A stretch of 64,000 nucleotides of DNA, taken from the NCBI GenBank assembly GCA_965113315.1, contig OZ220364.1. One strand, written 5' to 3'. This document shows positions 23,260 through 34,954 of the stretch, piece after piece. Under the pieces are notes generated by a model. That model was not told the origin of the DNA, did not search any database, and saw only the letters and a program-made list of their open reading frames with translations. Made by a program: the position numbers and the translations under genes. This stretch comes from Podarcis vaucheri (Eukaryota). Each line of letters starts with the position of its first letter. Within the stretch, counting starts at the first letter, position 1.

Positions 23260-23990
23260 CTTCGTCAGGACAAGGGCATTTCAACAATGGAACAACAACG
23301 GCCTTTGTGAGCTTGCGAAATGCCCTTCTTTGGAGATTTCCAAGACAAGGCTGGGCGGGCGTCGACCGTGTGGAGCCACGTCCGTCGGAGGTACAGGACG
23401 TCCCGTCGCCAAGGCAAGGGGCGGGGCGGGGCTAGAAAGGGGAAGGAGCCCCCCGCCCCAGCTCCGGGAGTGGAGCGCCTCGCGCTTTTCGACCCAATCG
23501 GCAAGGAGGAAAGCACTCCTCCGCATTCGAGGCTGCTTCCTCTCCTCCTTTATAACGCATTTCAGCCTCCCACGTGTTTACTTCCCACCCTTCCCGTTGT
23601 GCAAGCAAAACCCGCCTCGGTTGAGGCGAGTTAAGGGGCCTGTCATGTCGAGACGGCGAATCTCGTGTAAACAAGATGAGCCTCCGAAAGAGCAGACAGA
23701 GCCAGCGCTGAGCACGTGCTGGAAGTGCTGCCTGCAAGGATTTGAGGGGCAAAGACTGGGTGGCTGTGCGTGTTAAAGCAGATTTCCCAAAGGTACCAAT
23801 TCCCCTCTCCCACCGGCAGCACCGCACAATCAAAGCAACAAAAAGGGAACACAAAGCATGCTTTGCTCCGTGCTTATTGCCCTCTTTTCAGCGGTCGTTT
23901 CCCCGCAGGAGTTAGGAGATCTTACCTATTATGGTCACTGACAAGACAAATCGAAGGGCCCTTGCGCCAGGGGCGTCGGATCATCCTGAA
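23260..23990. promoter_or_regulatory. CpG island with promoter-like motifs, no assigned gene
   Basis: Tandem GC boxes ggggcggggcgggg (about 23418-23431) and ccccgcccc (about 23451), CCAAT (about 23494), tttataa (about 23549), CACGTG at 23571 and 23713. Confidence 0.6.
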
Positions 23991-25017
23991 AGTCATCCAT
24001 CAAAGCACAACTCAGCTTGTGGTTTAAACTGGTCCATTTTACACCGTGGTCAGTAGCGTCTGCAGTGCAGACTTTCAGTATGGACTGCAGTGAGCTCACC
24101 GGAGGAAGCAGGACACCACATGCTATTATTTTTTGAGTGTTTGAGGTCTCAGGGATGAGGGGCATATATGGGGGGGGGGAAGCAGGATATATCCCCCTGC
24201 TAAATATGTCCCCCTACAGTTTCAAACCTTGATTTGAGCATATCCTAGCCAGTAACGAACTCCAAAACCTATCTCCAGAAGCTACAGTTCTCCTCTGCCC
24301 TTGAGTTCTTCAGCCCCGGCTCTGCTAAGTTCTAACAGAGATCATTAACTGTTAGTTCTCTCTGTTTTAAAAAAAATATAAACAGGGCCCAACTCTTTCT
24401 TCAGGCCTGCAGATTCCTCCTCCCTTCTCTCAATTTACAGCAGCTGCAGCACCAGCTCAGAGAAACCCCCGTACTGACAGCTACTTAGGCACACAGGCTG
24501 AGCTAGGTAGGCCGAGGCACACAGAGCCTCCAAAACGAAGGAAATAACTTTATGTCCTCAAGCTATTCCAATATTGCCACATCTGCTAAAACCTCAACAG
24601 ATCTACTGAAACACAGGCCAACCTGCTGCTTGAAAAACACCTCCAAATGAGACAAATCTACTGATAGCTGAGCTTACATGAGTCTTTAAAAGTTCTATAA
24701 TCCCCCACAATGTAGCAAAACTCTTAGAAGACTGAAGTGTGTGGTCAAAAAATACAGCAACCCCTTTTTGTTCCATTCGATCCCAGCGACAAAGGAAACC
24801 TAAGCATGTTCCTTGCATAGCGACGTGGAATAGGATGCACGCTGCCGAAGCCCTCAGGAATCCCATGTGCCATCAGACCACCTCGCGTGCTGCGCACCAC
24901 CGACCTCCTTCCCCCCTCAAAATATCCCTCAGCCGCAGTTTCCGCTCAACCCCCATCTGCCTCCATCCGCGGTGCAACCCTTGCAAGCAACAGGAGGCTC
25001 GAGCGGGAAAGAATCAC

Positions 25018-25031
25018 GCGCCCCCTAGCGA
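25018..25031 (-). promoter_or_regulatory. candidate CTCF site in a small CpG-rich patch (24820-25140)
   Basis: Minus strand TCGCTAGGGGGCGC, close to the CTCF core CCRSYAGRKGGCGC. Confidence 0.5.
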
Positions 25032-26896
25032 GAGCGCCGACTGCTTCTGCTTGCTCAGCTCACCCCTTGCTCCTCCATTCTCATCGCCTTGGAAACGACG
25101 TCGGGGAGAAACAGCAGCACGGAGATCGTGTCTCGCTCCTTCTTGGCAGGGTGAAAGAACAGGGAAGAGCTCTCTCCCCCCCCGCCTCTTACAGTAAGGA
25201 TTTTTGATAACAGCTATTTAACCAAAGCCTTCGGATGAGAAGGGCAATCCTTGGCCTCTTCTGGGAAGAGCTACCACCTTCAACTGTCAAGACCAGAGCC
25301 CTCAACTAATAGTTGACTGACATACATGCCCTGGAAATACTTTTTTTTGGGGGGGGGGTGGGGTTCATAATTAGGCAGCTGCATAAACCTCCTCCTCCTA
25401 TCTCATTATCTGTGCTCCATTGCCCACCCCATCCCTGCCAATCCCAATTTGCCAAATTAATCTGAACCTTGCATATACCAAAAATAGTGCAATACTGACA
25501 TTATGCAAATTAATTAGTTTCAGGATTGACGTAATTTGTTTTAAGCACAAAATGCAAGTTTCCCTGGCACAGAATGTTGATTTTTCTCTTCTTATTTTTA
25601 GCTACAGTCAGCCCAACAGAGAGCACTATTACACACCCTCACAATGATTTGTTTTAACATAAACTAAATGTTACTCTGTTAAGTGATTATGTTATATATG
25701 GCAGCAGGCTTACACGCCCATCAACCTCTCTACTGAAGCTGAAATGTCAAAAGCTAGGCCTGTCGGAGAAATACAGTATAAGATGTTTTACCTGCTAATC
25801 CAGGTATGAGGGTATGAGGTATGAGAACAAGCATCTGTTGCAGCATAGCTGTACAGACACCCAATGGCATTAGATGCTAAACTCTGCAAAGGATTAGAAA
25901 ATGTAAAGTGAACCCAGACTTTAAACACAACAAATGTAGACAAATTATGCAGTGATTGCAAAAGGGTGCAGGTTACGTATGTTCATCAAGAGCACAGGCT
26001 ATCCAGGCTGAATTCGCGAACATTCAAACTTGGGGTACTATCGATTAAAGGAACCGCAGACTTAGTCATACAAATCACAATTTTAGCAGTTAAGTCTGCA
26101 AAAGATTGGTTCTGAGAAAAAATAGTTCTGCAGAAAAGATTAGCTTGTTTTGAGATGTGTCGCAGGAGGCATCATCTTAAAAGAGGCAGTTCATTTTCTC
26201 TCACCTACGAGGCAATACCTCTCCTAAAGTGTTGCTTGCCATATGCAGTTTCAATTAACACTGTTAGACACATCTTTAAAAAAGAAGAAGAGAGATAACA
26301 CCTGCCAACTGATTAAATGGGGATCTCATTTTAAGCCATCAAAATGGTTTCCTTCTGATCAATTGGCCACACATTGCAGCCCTAATTAGAAGTTATGCTC
26401 CTGCAGCTGTAGTGAGTGACTAAACTATCTTGGGCAGAAAGGGCCTGGGTATTAAAAACCTATCTGTTGTGGGTGTCTTTCAGCTCCAAAGCTGCTGCTT
26501 TCTCAACAGCTTGCTACTCCTTCAGTTGCAGCCTGGAGGTATTTCCAATGGATTCTTTTTGCTAGCTAAACGAAGGAAGCTGAATCAACATGTATGATTT
26601 ATCCAATTTTAATTTCAGATAACCTTATAAGTTCAGTGGCTCACTCTTACCAAGAAGAGTGACAACACACCATAAATCGCATGGGCCACGATTCAGTTAA
26701 CCCAGTGTCTGTGCAAGGAATCCTGCTAGTGAAGAGTGCAATGCTGAATTCCCACCCTGGATTAGTGCTGTTAAGTGCAAAACACCAGTTCTCCTGTTAG
26801 GCAAGAACTGGTTTTGAGCAGCTTTGGCTCCTTTAAGAGTTATTTCGCACCTTCTATGCTGACCCAAGTAAGATGCTTAAATAGGTGCCTCCAAGT

Positions 26897-27150
26897 CAGG
26901 GGTCAGCAACCTTTTTCAGCCGTGGGCCGGTCCAACATCCCTGAGACCATGTGGTGGGCCGGACTATATTTTTTTTGGGGGGGGAGATGAACAAATTCCT
27001 ATGCCCCACAAATAACACAGAACTGCATTTTAAATAAAAGGACACATTCTACTCATGTAAAAACACGCTGATTCCCGGACCGTCCGCGTGCCGGCTTGAG
27101 ACGGCAAATGGGCTGCATCTGGCCCCTGGGCCTTAGGTTGCCTACTCCTG
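26897..27150 (+). mobile_element. hAT (Charlie-like) MITE, family with copies at 51624-51944 and 57452-57703
   Basis: TIR caggggtcagcaacct / aggttgcctactcctg; TSD ctccaagt/ctccaagc. Confidence 0.88.
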
Positions 27151-27235
27151 CTCCAAGCAGTGAAGGGCTGGATGAGGGCCACAAAGCACATGCAAGGCTT
27201 TAGCTGCAGCAAGTGGGCCTGCATGCATTGCATTA

Positions 27236-27554
27236 CAGTGGTGCCGCGCAAGACGAATGCCTCGCAAGACGAGAAACTCGCTAGACGAAAGGGTTTTGCG
27301 GTTTTTGAGCTGCTTCGCAAGACGAATTTCCCTATGGGCTTGCTTCGCAAGACGAAAACGTCTTGCAAGTTTGTTTCCTTTTTCTTAACACCGTTAATAC
27401 AGTTGCGACTTGACTTCGAGGAGCAACTCATAGAACGCGGTGTGGTAGCCTTTTTTGAGGTTTTTGGTGATTTTTGAAGCTTTTCCAAGACGAAAAATTC
27501 GCTAGACGAAAAAACTCGTGGAACGAATTAATTTCGTCTTGCGAGGCACCACTG
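27236..27554. mobile_element. Tc1/mariner (Tigger/pogo-like) MITE
   Basis: TA TSD both sides; TIR cagtggtgccgcgcaagacgaa / ttcgtcttgcgaggcaccactg; internal cgcaagacgaa repeats. Confidence 0.9.
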
Positions 27555-27944
27555 TACAAAGGATTCAGGGGCTGCTCAGGGCCAGCCCACCAGAGGCTCA
27601 AAGAAGTGACCACAAGGGCAGCGAATCCCAACCTTGTTCTTTATTCCCTCCTCCCCTTGTTCCTGATGTTATGCTTCTTGCCTGGTGAGGAGGGGCACCA
27701 CTTTGTGGTCCGCCTCAGGTGCTAAAATATATTGGGTCAGCTATGGGGATTCCCCTTGTGGTTGAGCAACAGATTCCCACACATCCCTGATGGTAGGGCT
27801 AAGAAATCAAAGCTCAGCTCAAAGAAAGACTGGCTGTGAATAATTGATCTGACATTGATTAGATGCTTACCCTATTCAAGGTCAGCTCAGGCTTCCAAGA
27901 GTAAGCTTGCTGCCTGCTGTACTGGCACAAACAGGGCAGTTACA

Positions 27945-28030
27945 ATTTAGCCACCGTGATACATGCCATAATAATCTCTGGATTAGGTTACTGAAATGTG
28001 TTCTACACAGGGCTGCCTCTGAAAAGTTTT
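27945..28030 (+). mobile_element. degenerate L2-type LINE ORF2 fragment
   Basis: Translates approximately to LATVIHAIIISGLGY*NVFYTGLPLK, resembling the L2 ..HALV.SRLDYCN.LY.GLP motif. Confidence 0.55.
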
Positions 28031-28499
28031 CACTAGTGCAAACTGTGACTGTTCCCAATAGCTGTTGTCAGCAGAGAGAAGGCTGAATATATTTTGTAAT
28101 ATTTGCCCTGGGTGTCTGTGTCTTCTGGTTCAAGTCCCAAATCAAAGGGTCTGGGTCCCATAGTAGTTGAAGGAATCCCTGATCTTAAATATGCATCCCT
28201 CTTGTCTCTTTAACTATTCAAATCTCCAGAGATACCGTCTTTCTTAGGAAGGCCTTTGAGCCGTAGAAACATATGGCACACTTTTTAAACCAGCTTGATT
28301 TGGGTTTTCTAATTTGCATATTCCAGAGTATGTCCTTTTATATTTTTACTATTTAAGTATTTTACGTGAATCTGAGATGTTCAGATGTTCAGGTTAAGTG
28401 CTTCACAAGCAGCAGGGATGCTTTCTTCTATCCATACTATTTATTGAATTTTAAGGCATTAGGGTTTTAAGGAAAGTTAAGCCAGCCCTAATTTTAATA

Positions 28500-28734
28500 C
28501 AGTGGTACCTCAGGTTACATACGCTTCAGGTTACATACACTTCAGGTTACAGACTCCGCTAACCCAGAAATAGTACCTCAGGTTAAGAACTTTGCTTCAG
28601 GATGAGAATAGAAATCGTGCTCCGCGGGCAGCAGGAGGCCCCCATTAGCTAAAGTGGTGCTTCAGGTTAAGAACAGTTTCAGGTTAAGAACGGACCTCCG
28701 GAACGAATTAAGTACTTAACCCGAGGTACTACTG
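28500..28734 (+). mobile_element. Tc1/mariner (Tigger-like) MITE, family with copies at 46541-46766 and 58544-59179
   Basis: TA TSD; TIR cagtggtacctc(a/g)ggtta / taacccgaggtactactg; internal caggttaagaac repeats. Confidence 0.9.
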
Positions 28735-30311
28735 TACACAACAATAAATTGATACTCTATCAAACTTACTCCATTCAGTGCCTTAAAAAGAGGGGAAGGT
28801 AAAAAAAATATTACTAGGCTATCCCCTCAATAATAGCCTGTCATTTCCCCCCTCCCCGCCACAATTTTCTGAAGAGTGTACACTGCTCTTCTCCAGCACA
28901 TCTGTTGTTTAAAAGATGAGGGAAGGCCAGCAACAAGTTATTTCTCCACATGCACTATGACTTCCCTTCCTGGCCCACTGCCAATAGCAAAACTACTTCC
29001 ACCCAGCCATTTTTCATAGGAAATGCAATACTGTGCTTACTGAAGAGGGCCAGGGCTCATGAAGTCATACAAGACTAACTATTGGGGGGGGGGCAGGGGG
29101 CAGTGCAGATGCCAACTTGCACTGGAATCGCAACACGGTGTAAAACTGTTCTAATGTGTTCTACAGGCTTCAGCAATGCCAAGCACATTCAGTGCTCTCT
29201 TTAATCTACAGCTTCTAAAATATGTGCGGTCGCATAAAATGTGGCAGTTGAACTCTTGTGCATTTCACACATACATATCTGTGAAGTTATATCTTACAGA
29301 TGAAGGAAAGATATCAGACCCCCTGATACAGCTACATCTCAGTTAAGATGGCATATACACTAGAAAACCCTGGAGGTGATGCATTTCTACAACAAATACT
29401 GTGGGATGAAAGTCGAAATAGTATATTTTGAGCCATATTCACAAATCATGTTTCTCAGTGCTATTGCAGTTATAAATGGGGCACACAACAGTAATTTTGA
29501 AGGAGGTCCTTTTATTCCTGGATTTCCATTGGGTGAGGGGAGACAGAGACACCCCCCTAAAAAAACAATCAATTCCAGAAACACTCTTGCCTAGGCAACG
29601 GCAGTAGATAGTAGCATGTCCAATTTCCAACTCTTTTAGTGGGCGTATCTCCAGCATATACATTTTATAATATCACAATTTTATATCTTTCATACATAAG
29701 TTTACTGCCGCTATGGAAAGACAAATCAGACAGGAGTTAGGCTAGAGAAGAATTGCTAACAGACTGCAGCACAGACTTGTTAAGACAGAAGAGAAACAAG
29801 CAAAGGTACAAACTTAAAATTTAACAGGGATGGGGTGGAAGAAAGAATCAAGGCAGAAGCCTATCCTCAAGAGGCAGGGAGAATGGAGAACAGACCCAGG
29901 CCAACAGGTCAGATCAGGGTTTTGGCAGACACAAAGGACAATTCTGAAGTGCTCATAGAACTGAGCTCAGATGCTCCTGACCTTAGAGGGATATTGCTAC
30001 AGCCATAGTTTTGAATTTGAAGCCAGAATAAAGGAGGAACACGGGGTTCTTACACATAAAACTAGGGGTGAAAGTCACCTAATGAGTCCCATAAGCACAA
30101 GTTGCATGAGGATTCTGGTTTGCATAACAGGGCTTTCCCCTCAGCCCTCCTCCCATGCTCCTCAAAATTGGCTTGGGAGTTGGGAGAACCCCCAAAGTAG
30201 CATTGGTGTGCGGGACAAGAGGTGGAATTGTTCTGTCTCACAAGCTACAATACTTGCACTGATGAGACATTCACCATAGTGCAACCCTGAATTCTACCCT
30301 AGGCCTTGATT

Positions 30312-30398
30312 TAGGCTGCAATCTTCACCCTACTTACCTGGGAATAAGCTCCATTAAATAGGACTTACTTCTGAGTAGACGTGATTAGAATTGCACTG
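30312..30398. mobile_element. short palindromic MITE-like repeat; related copies at about 62997-63088 and 63890-63980
   Basis: ggctgcaatc...acttacctgggaataag...ttacttctgagtagac...attgcactg, imperfect inverted repeat recurring in the window. Confidence 0.5.
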
Positions 30399-33300
30399 CT
30401 AATCAAGCAAGCTTTTAAAATACAGGGGGGGGGGGAGATTCCTATTAGTTAGAGGGGCTGCCAACAAGGGAAGATCTGTTTCTAATTGGTATGCTGGAAG
30501 TCCCAGGCCCATTATCTAGCAGGTCTCATGAAAAACAACTGAGTAGCAGGTGCTACTAACCTTTCTCTGCCTGAGAACCTAAGAAAGTCACTAGCCAAAC
30601 AGAGTAGACAATATGGTCTAGATGGACCATAATCTGACCTGATGCAAGGCAACTTCCTAACAGGCACCTACCACCTTACAGATAATTGGAGACAATTAAC
30701 TCCTTCTTCCAGATTTGATGAAGAAAAGATACTTGAAACTTACATTTCTTTCTCTCCACTACTTCAATTCAAAAACCAGAACACAAAATTTGCCACTGTG
30801 TTTTAACACCAATAACTACACTTAAATATATATTTATAATACTGATGGAACATGAAGTTTTATTTCTTTTTTAAAACAGGGGTGTGTTTTTTTGTTAAGG
30901 AGAGAATATTCTATATTCCCAAATTTGATTAAATGTAAAATATTAAGATGACATTTTCTGCTGGAAATAAGTAGTAGATTTTATTAAATCATATAATCTT
31001 ACACCTAAGGGAAACTGTCCTTTTTATTAGTCTTTTGCATTATGTACCTATAACAAGTCTTAGGGATGTCATGCTTAAACATTACTAAAAGGACTCAAGT
31101 TTAAATGACAGAACTACAGATTTCCCTGTCAATTGTGAAAAGCACACAGGAGTTTAAAAAACATGGATTCCCTGCAGTAACATCTGGAACTGGGACTGAC
31201 ATCCATATTTATTGCACTGAAACCTGCCCCTGTTCTATTTACAGTTGCAGTCCACTTTCCATTTTTAAACTCTGCCTTTCAGGTTGTGTCTACAAATGTA
31301 CATCAGCTATAAGATATTATGTGGGATGAAGTGACTAATGATATTCTCAGACAAATTTTCAGATGATCAGAAATATTTTTCAAAAGTATTTGAAAAAGGC
31401 AGAATAAAATCAAAAGATGGGGAAGACAGGGAAAAGACACAATGAAGAAGTCTGTAAATAAAATATCACGTTCAACTGGAGTTTCTAAGGAAAGGAATGA
31501 GACAGGCTCACTGAATTGCTAGCTGGATGTTAACTGGCAGGCTGCAAGAGGCACGTGAGAGTGTGTAGAGCAGACAAGGATGGAAGGCAGTAACAAAAGA
31601 TCTATTTGCCACACAGAAAACAATGAAGAGAAGTTGCTCTTTTCTAATTCAGGGGCATGCTGACTGATGCTCCACATTCAGGAGCATCAGAATGAAACTG
31701 CCCAGCACCTGGCAATGTGTTCACTGCATCCACTTCTGTACCACAGCAATGAATCATCAGGACATACAGTTAGCAAACAAGTTCAAAATAGTTCCAATAT
31801 TATCAAGAACAGTGCAACACTAGCATGAGATACCATAGGTGAACTGGCAGATGAGGTTAACTGCCCAGGGGCAAGGCAGATCACACACACACACACCACT
31901 CACCCACAATCTCCAGGTTAGAAATAACTGCTGGGAGACTGAAGAAGTGCACACTAGATACAGAATAAGGGAAATTATTTGAGATTGGAAATCTTTAGTC
32001 CAGGCAATAAATAGGTCTACTTATCAGAGCTTCATGAAGGCACAAATGCAGCTCTGTGGGTGCCTTGGGCTCCCAGCCATGGAAGACTGTAGAAGAGATT
32101 CCTATGGAGAAAGATGACTAGGACTTTCAGCCTAGCTACACCAGACAGAAAACATCTACACTTGAATCTCCTAATGTTTTCTGAGCTCTTCACCAAAAGA
32201 GCCAAGCTTTACCTGGACAAAGCTGCTATTTTTCTACTCTAAGGCTAACAAGCAGCTTTGAGGTGCGATGTGATTAGGAAAATTGTGCAAGGGAAAAGGG
32301 TAAACCCTACACTTTCAATGCTGCTGTTCCAAATTCAGAGAACTAGCACCTGCTTTACATTAAAAATGAAGACACCACGAGGTTTTATTAGAGACCTCTC
32401 ACTTTTCATGAAGTTTAACCCTTTCAAAAAAGTGCAGAGGGCTCAAGATTCTAGGCTCGAATCCATGCATGCTCCCACATTGGCACAGTTGGCAGGTGAA
32501 CTCTTTAGAAAACATTACTAGGACAAACAACAGAATCACATCATTTCTTGGGGGAGAAAAATAGGGCACAGTGGTCCAGAAAATAAAATAAATAAAAATA
32601 CAGACTCAACTTTTATAGGTTCCCAAGGTAAATGGCAAACCCTCCCCAGCTTTCCTTGTCAACTCATACTGGCCTTATTGGAGTTTCAAGAAAGAAATTA
32701 AAGCTAGAAACCAGTATGCTGCCAACAGCTTCCATTTAACTTGTGTGATCACAGGTTTATGTGCTTGGTCAAAGAAAATAAATGTCAGAAGGTGGTGGAG
32801 AGGAAACATTGGCAATCCCACCAACCATTGCACTCACCCTGGGAGATTGTTTGGAGGTGCGGGGAGAGTCTGTAGCAACCTTGGGAGAGTGTGTGCAGCC
32901 TTCAGATAGAATGTAGAGGTGGCTGGAGAGTGCTAGGATATGCCTTTTACTGTTTTTAAAGGGTTGTTTTGATTATACATTATTTTGGCTTTATGCGCTA
33001 TCCCTGGAATGAAACCCCTGTGTAAGCCGAGAGTCAACTGTAATGCTACTCTAGTGTTTGAAAACTTCCTTACTTCAATTAACCATGTTAAAAACCAACC
33101 AACCAACCAACCAAAAACCCACAGCCTGTCATCTCAGAAAAACCTGCAGGTATTATCTTGACATGTCTACAAGCCTTAGCATCTCTCCATCACTCTCATT
33201 GTGCATTATGGGAACAAAGCAAGTCATCTGGGGGAAGTCCTGGACACACACAGGTTATCCCAATTGTGTCCCTGCAGACTAGATATGCCAGTGGAGGCTG

Positions 33301-33858
33301 CTCTTGCATTGCAGCTGCCATTCCTGAGCTTCTCCTTCTACCCATTTCCACCAGCAGAACAGATTGGTGGATATTCCACAGGGAACATTAAAAGGATCCA
33401 TTGCTTGGGGAACAGAGCTGCTTACTTGTTTCTTAGAAGTTACTGGTGCACAGTGTTCACGAGGGTGAAGCAAGGACGCTGGGGTAAGGAAGAGAGAGAG
33501 ATATAGAAGGACCTCCATCCCCAACAATTAAAAATGTACATATGCTATATACATACATTCATAGATATATCAATATAAATATATAAAACAAACTCCAGCA
33601 GGTGAGCAGATGGGAGGCCAAAGGCCAGGATCAGGGCCAGCCCTGGAATGTTTCACTAGTTCCTGCCATCATCTCTCCGCTATGGAAAAGGTGTGGCAGG
33701 ATGATCCCTCGGCAGTAGACTGAAGACCTGTGCAGAGGTGTCTACTTTCCCCCGTCCTGGAGCATTTCCTCTGTAGGGTGGAGTCTGCTGCCACCCTGAA
33801 ACGATGATCCCACACTCATACAGCTAGCATGTGTGCTGGGTTGTAAGCCAAGCCAGTG

Positions 33859-33985
33859 CTAAGCCAGTACCATCTCTTTTGTTGAGTCAGCTCGCTGCTT
33901 GGCCAGGCTCATAGAAATAATAGGCTGGCGGGACCTATAGGCGAGTGGGTTCCTCTTCACTTTCACTGCAGTTCCCACAACAGTC
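33859..33985 (-). CDS. GRK6: GRK6 B-type tail frame of the last exon (RTVVGTAVKVKRNPLAYRSRQPIISMSLAKQRADSTKEMVLA*), used if the 2-nt microexon is included
   Basis: Frame stays open for 42 codons and starts like mammalian GRK6B RIAVETAA; usage is inferred. Confidence 0.6.
33935..33985 (-). CDS. GRK6: GRK6 last coding exon, A-form tail DCCGNCSESEEEPTRL*
   Basis: Long pyrimidine tract plus ccag acceptor; palmitoylation cluster CCGNC and PDZ-type TRL end of GRK6A; spliced CDS totals 1728 nt = 575 aa. Confidence 0.93.
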   Translation of the reverse strand, partial: DCCGNCSESEEEPTRL

Positions 33986-34948
33986 CTGGAGAATGAAGGA
34001 AGGAGGAGGCGGCAGGAGGAGGAGGAGGAGGGAAGGGTGGGGGAAAGCAAGGGGGAAAGGGAGAGCACACAGCAAGCACAGAGTGAGTACAGTTATTATT
34101 CAACACGCAGACATGCCACAGGATTCTATTCCCAGTCCCCACAGAAAAAGAAACCATTGCTTAGAAAATAACTTTGGGGCTCAGCACCAAAACCAAATCT
34201 GATGGTGGAGCTGCTTGCAGTCAGTGCTCTCTGGCAGCCAACCTGCAGGACTAGAGAGGGAGAGAGAGAATATCATGCTGGACCTCCTACTACACTCCCT
34301 TCTTCACAACCAGACTGTGCCTTTTCCATACCCTTTCAATGCCTATTTATGGGCTGTGAGGAATCTAATTGTACTTGGCCATGGCCAAGTACAGAAGTAG
34401 GAACGGAAATTATTCTATGTTAGTGAGCCCAGGACCATAGTGGGGTCTTATGTAGGCCTAGTAAAACCACAGCAGGAAACAGATAAACCCAGAAAGATGA
34501 ACCATTACTTCAATGGAACAACTGCAATAAGATAGGAGCATGGCCTAACTGTAGAAAGCAGGACATGTCTAGATCATCAGCAAGCTCTCAAAAAGTGTGC
34601 GGGGTTCTTGGGTACATGAGGGAGAGAGAGAAAACTTCCATTCTTAATAGCAAGGCCACATAAAGAAGGCATGGGAGCTGGAGAAAAGGGATGTTTAAAT
34701 AATAATCCAGCTGCTTCCATGGCAAGGGAACAAGGCAAGACATTCATGGTGCTTTGCAGGAAGCAGGATTAGTGGCTTGAAGAACTATTAATGAACAAAC
34801 AGCGTATTTTGGAGAGGCGGGAGAGGGGGAAGGAGAGGGAGGCACTGAAGAGGTAGAGTCCTCATCCCCTTGTCTTGTCATGTCCGCCAGGGGAGTTTGG
34901 GGCACCAGGTAGTCATTTTCCTGAGCAGAGCAGCAGAGAAGAGGTTGC

Positions 34949-34954
34949 TCACCT
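34949..34954 (-). CDS. GRK6: GRK6 2-nt microexon (AG, 34954-34953) / C-form terminus AGG TGA (R*)
   Basis: Minus strand ctcac..gcatgttttctctttccag|AG|gtgagc: branch-like motif, pyrimidine tract, acceptor, 2 nt, then a strong donor. Confidence 0.75.
   Translation of the reverse strand, partial: R

Noticed and set aside
27236-28734. Short internal direct repeats resembling a CRISPR-like array
   Set aside because: They are subterminal repeats of TA-flanked mariner MITEs in a vertebrate genome; no regular spacers
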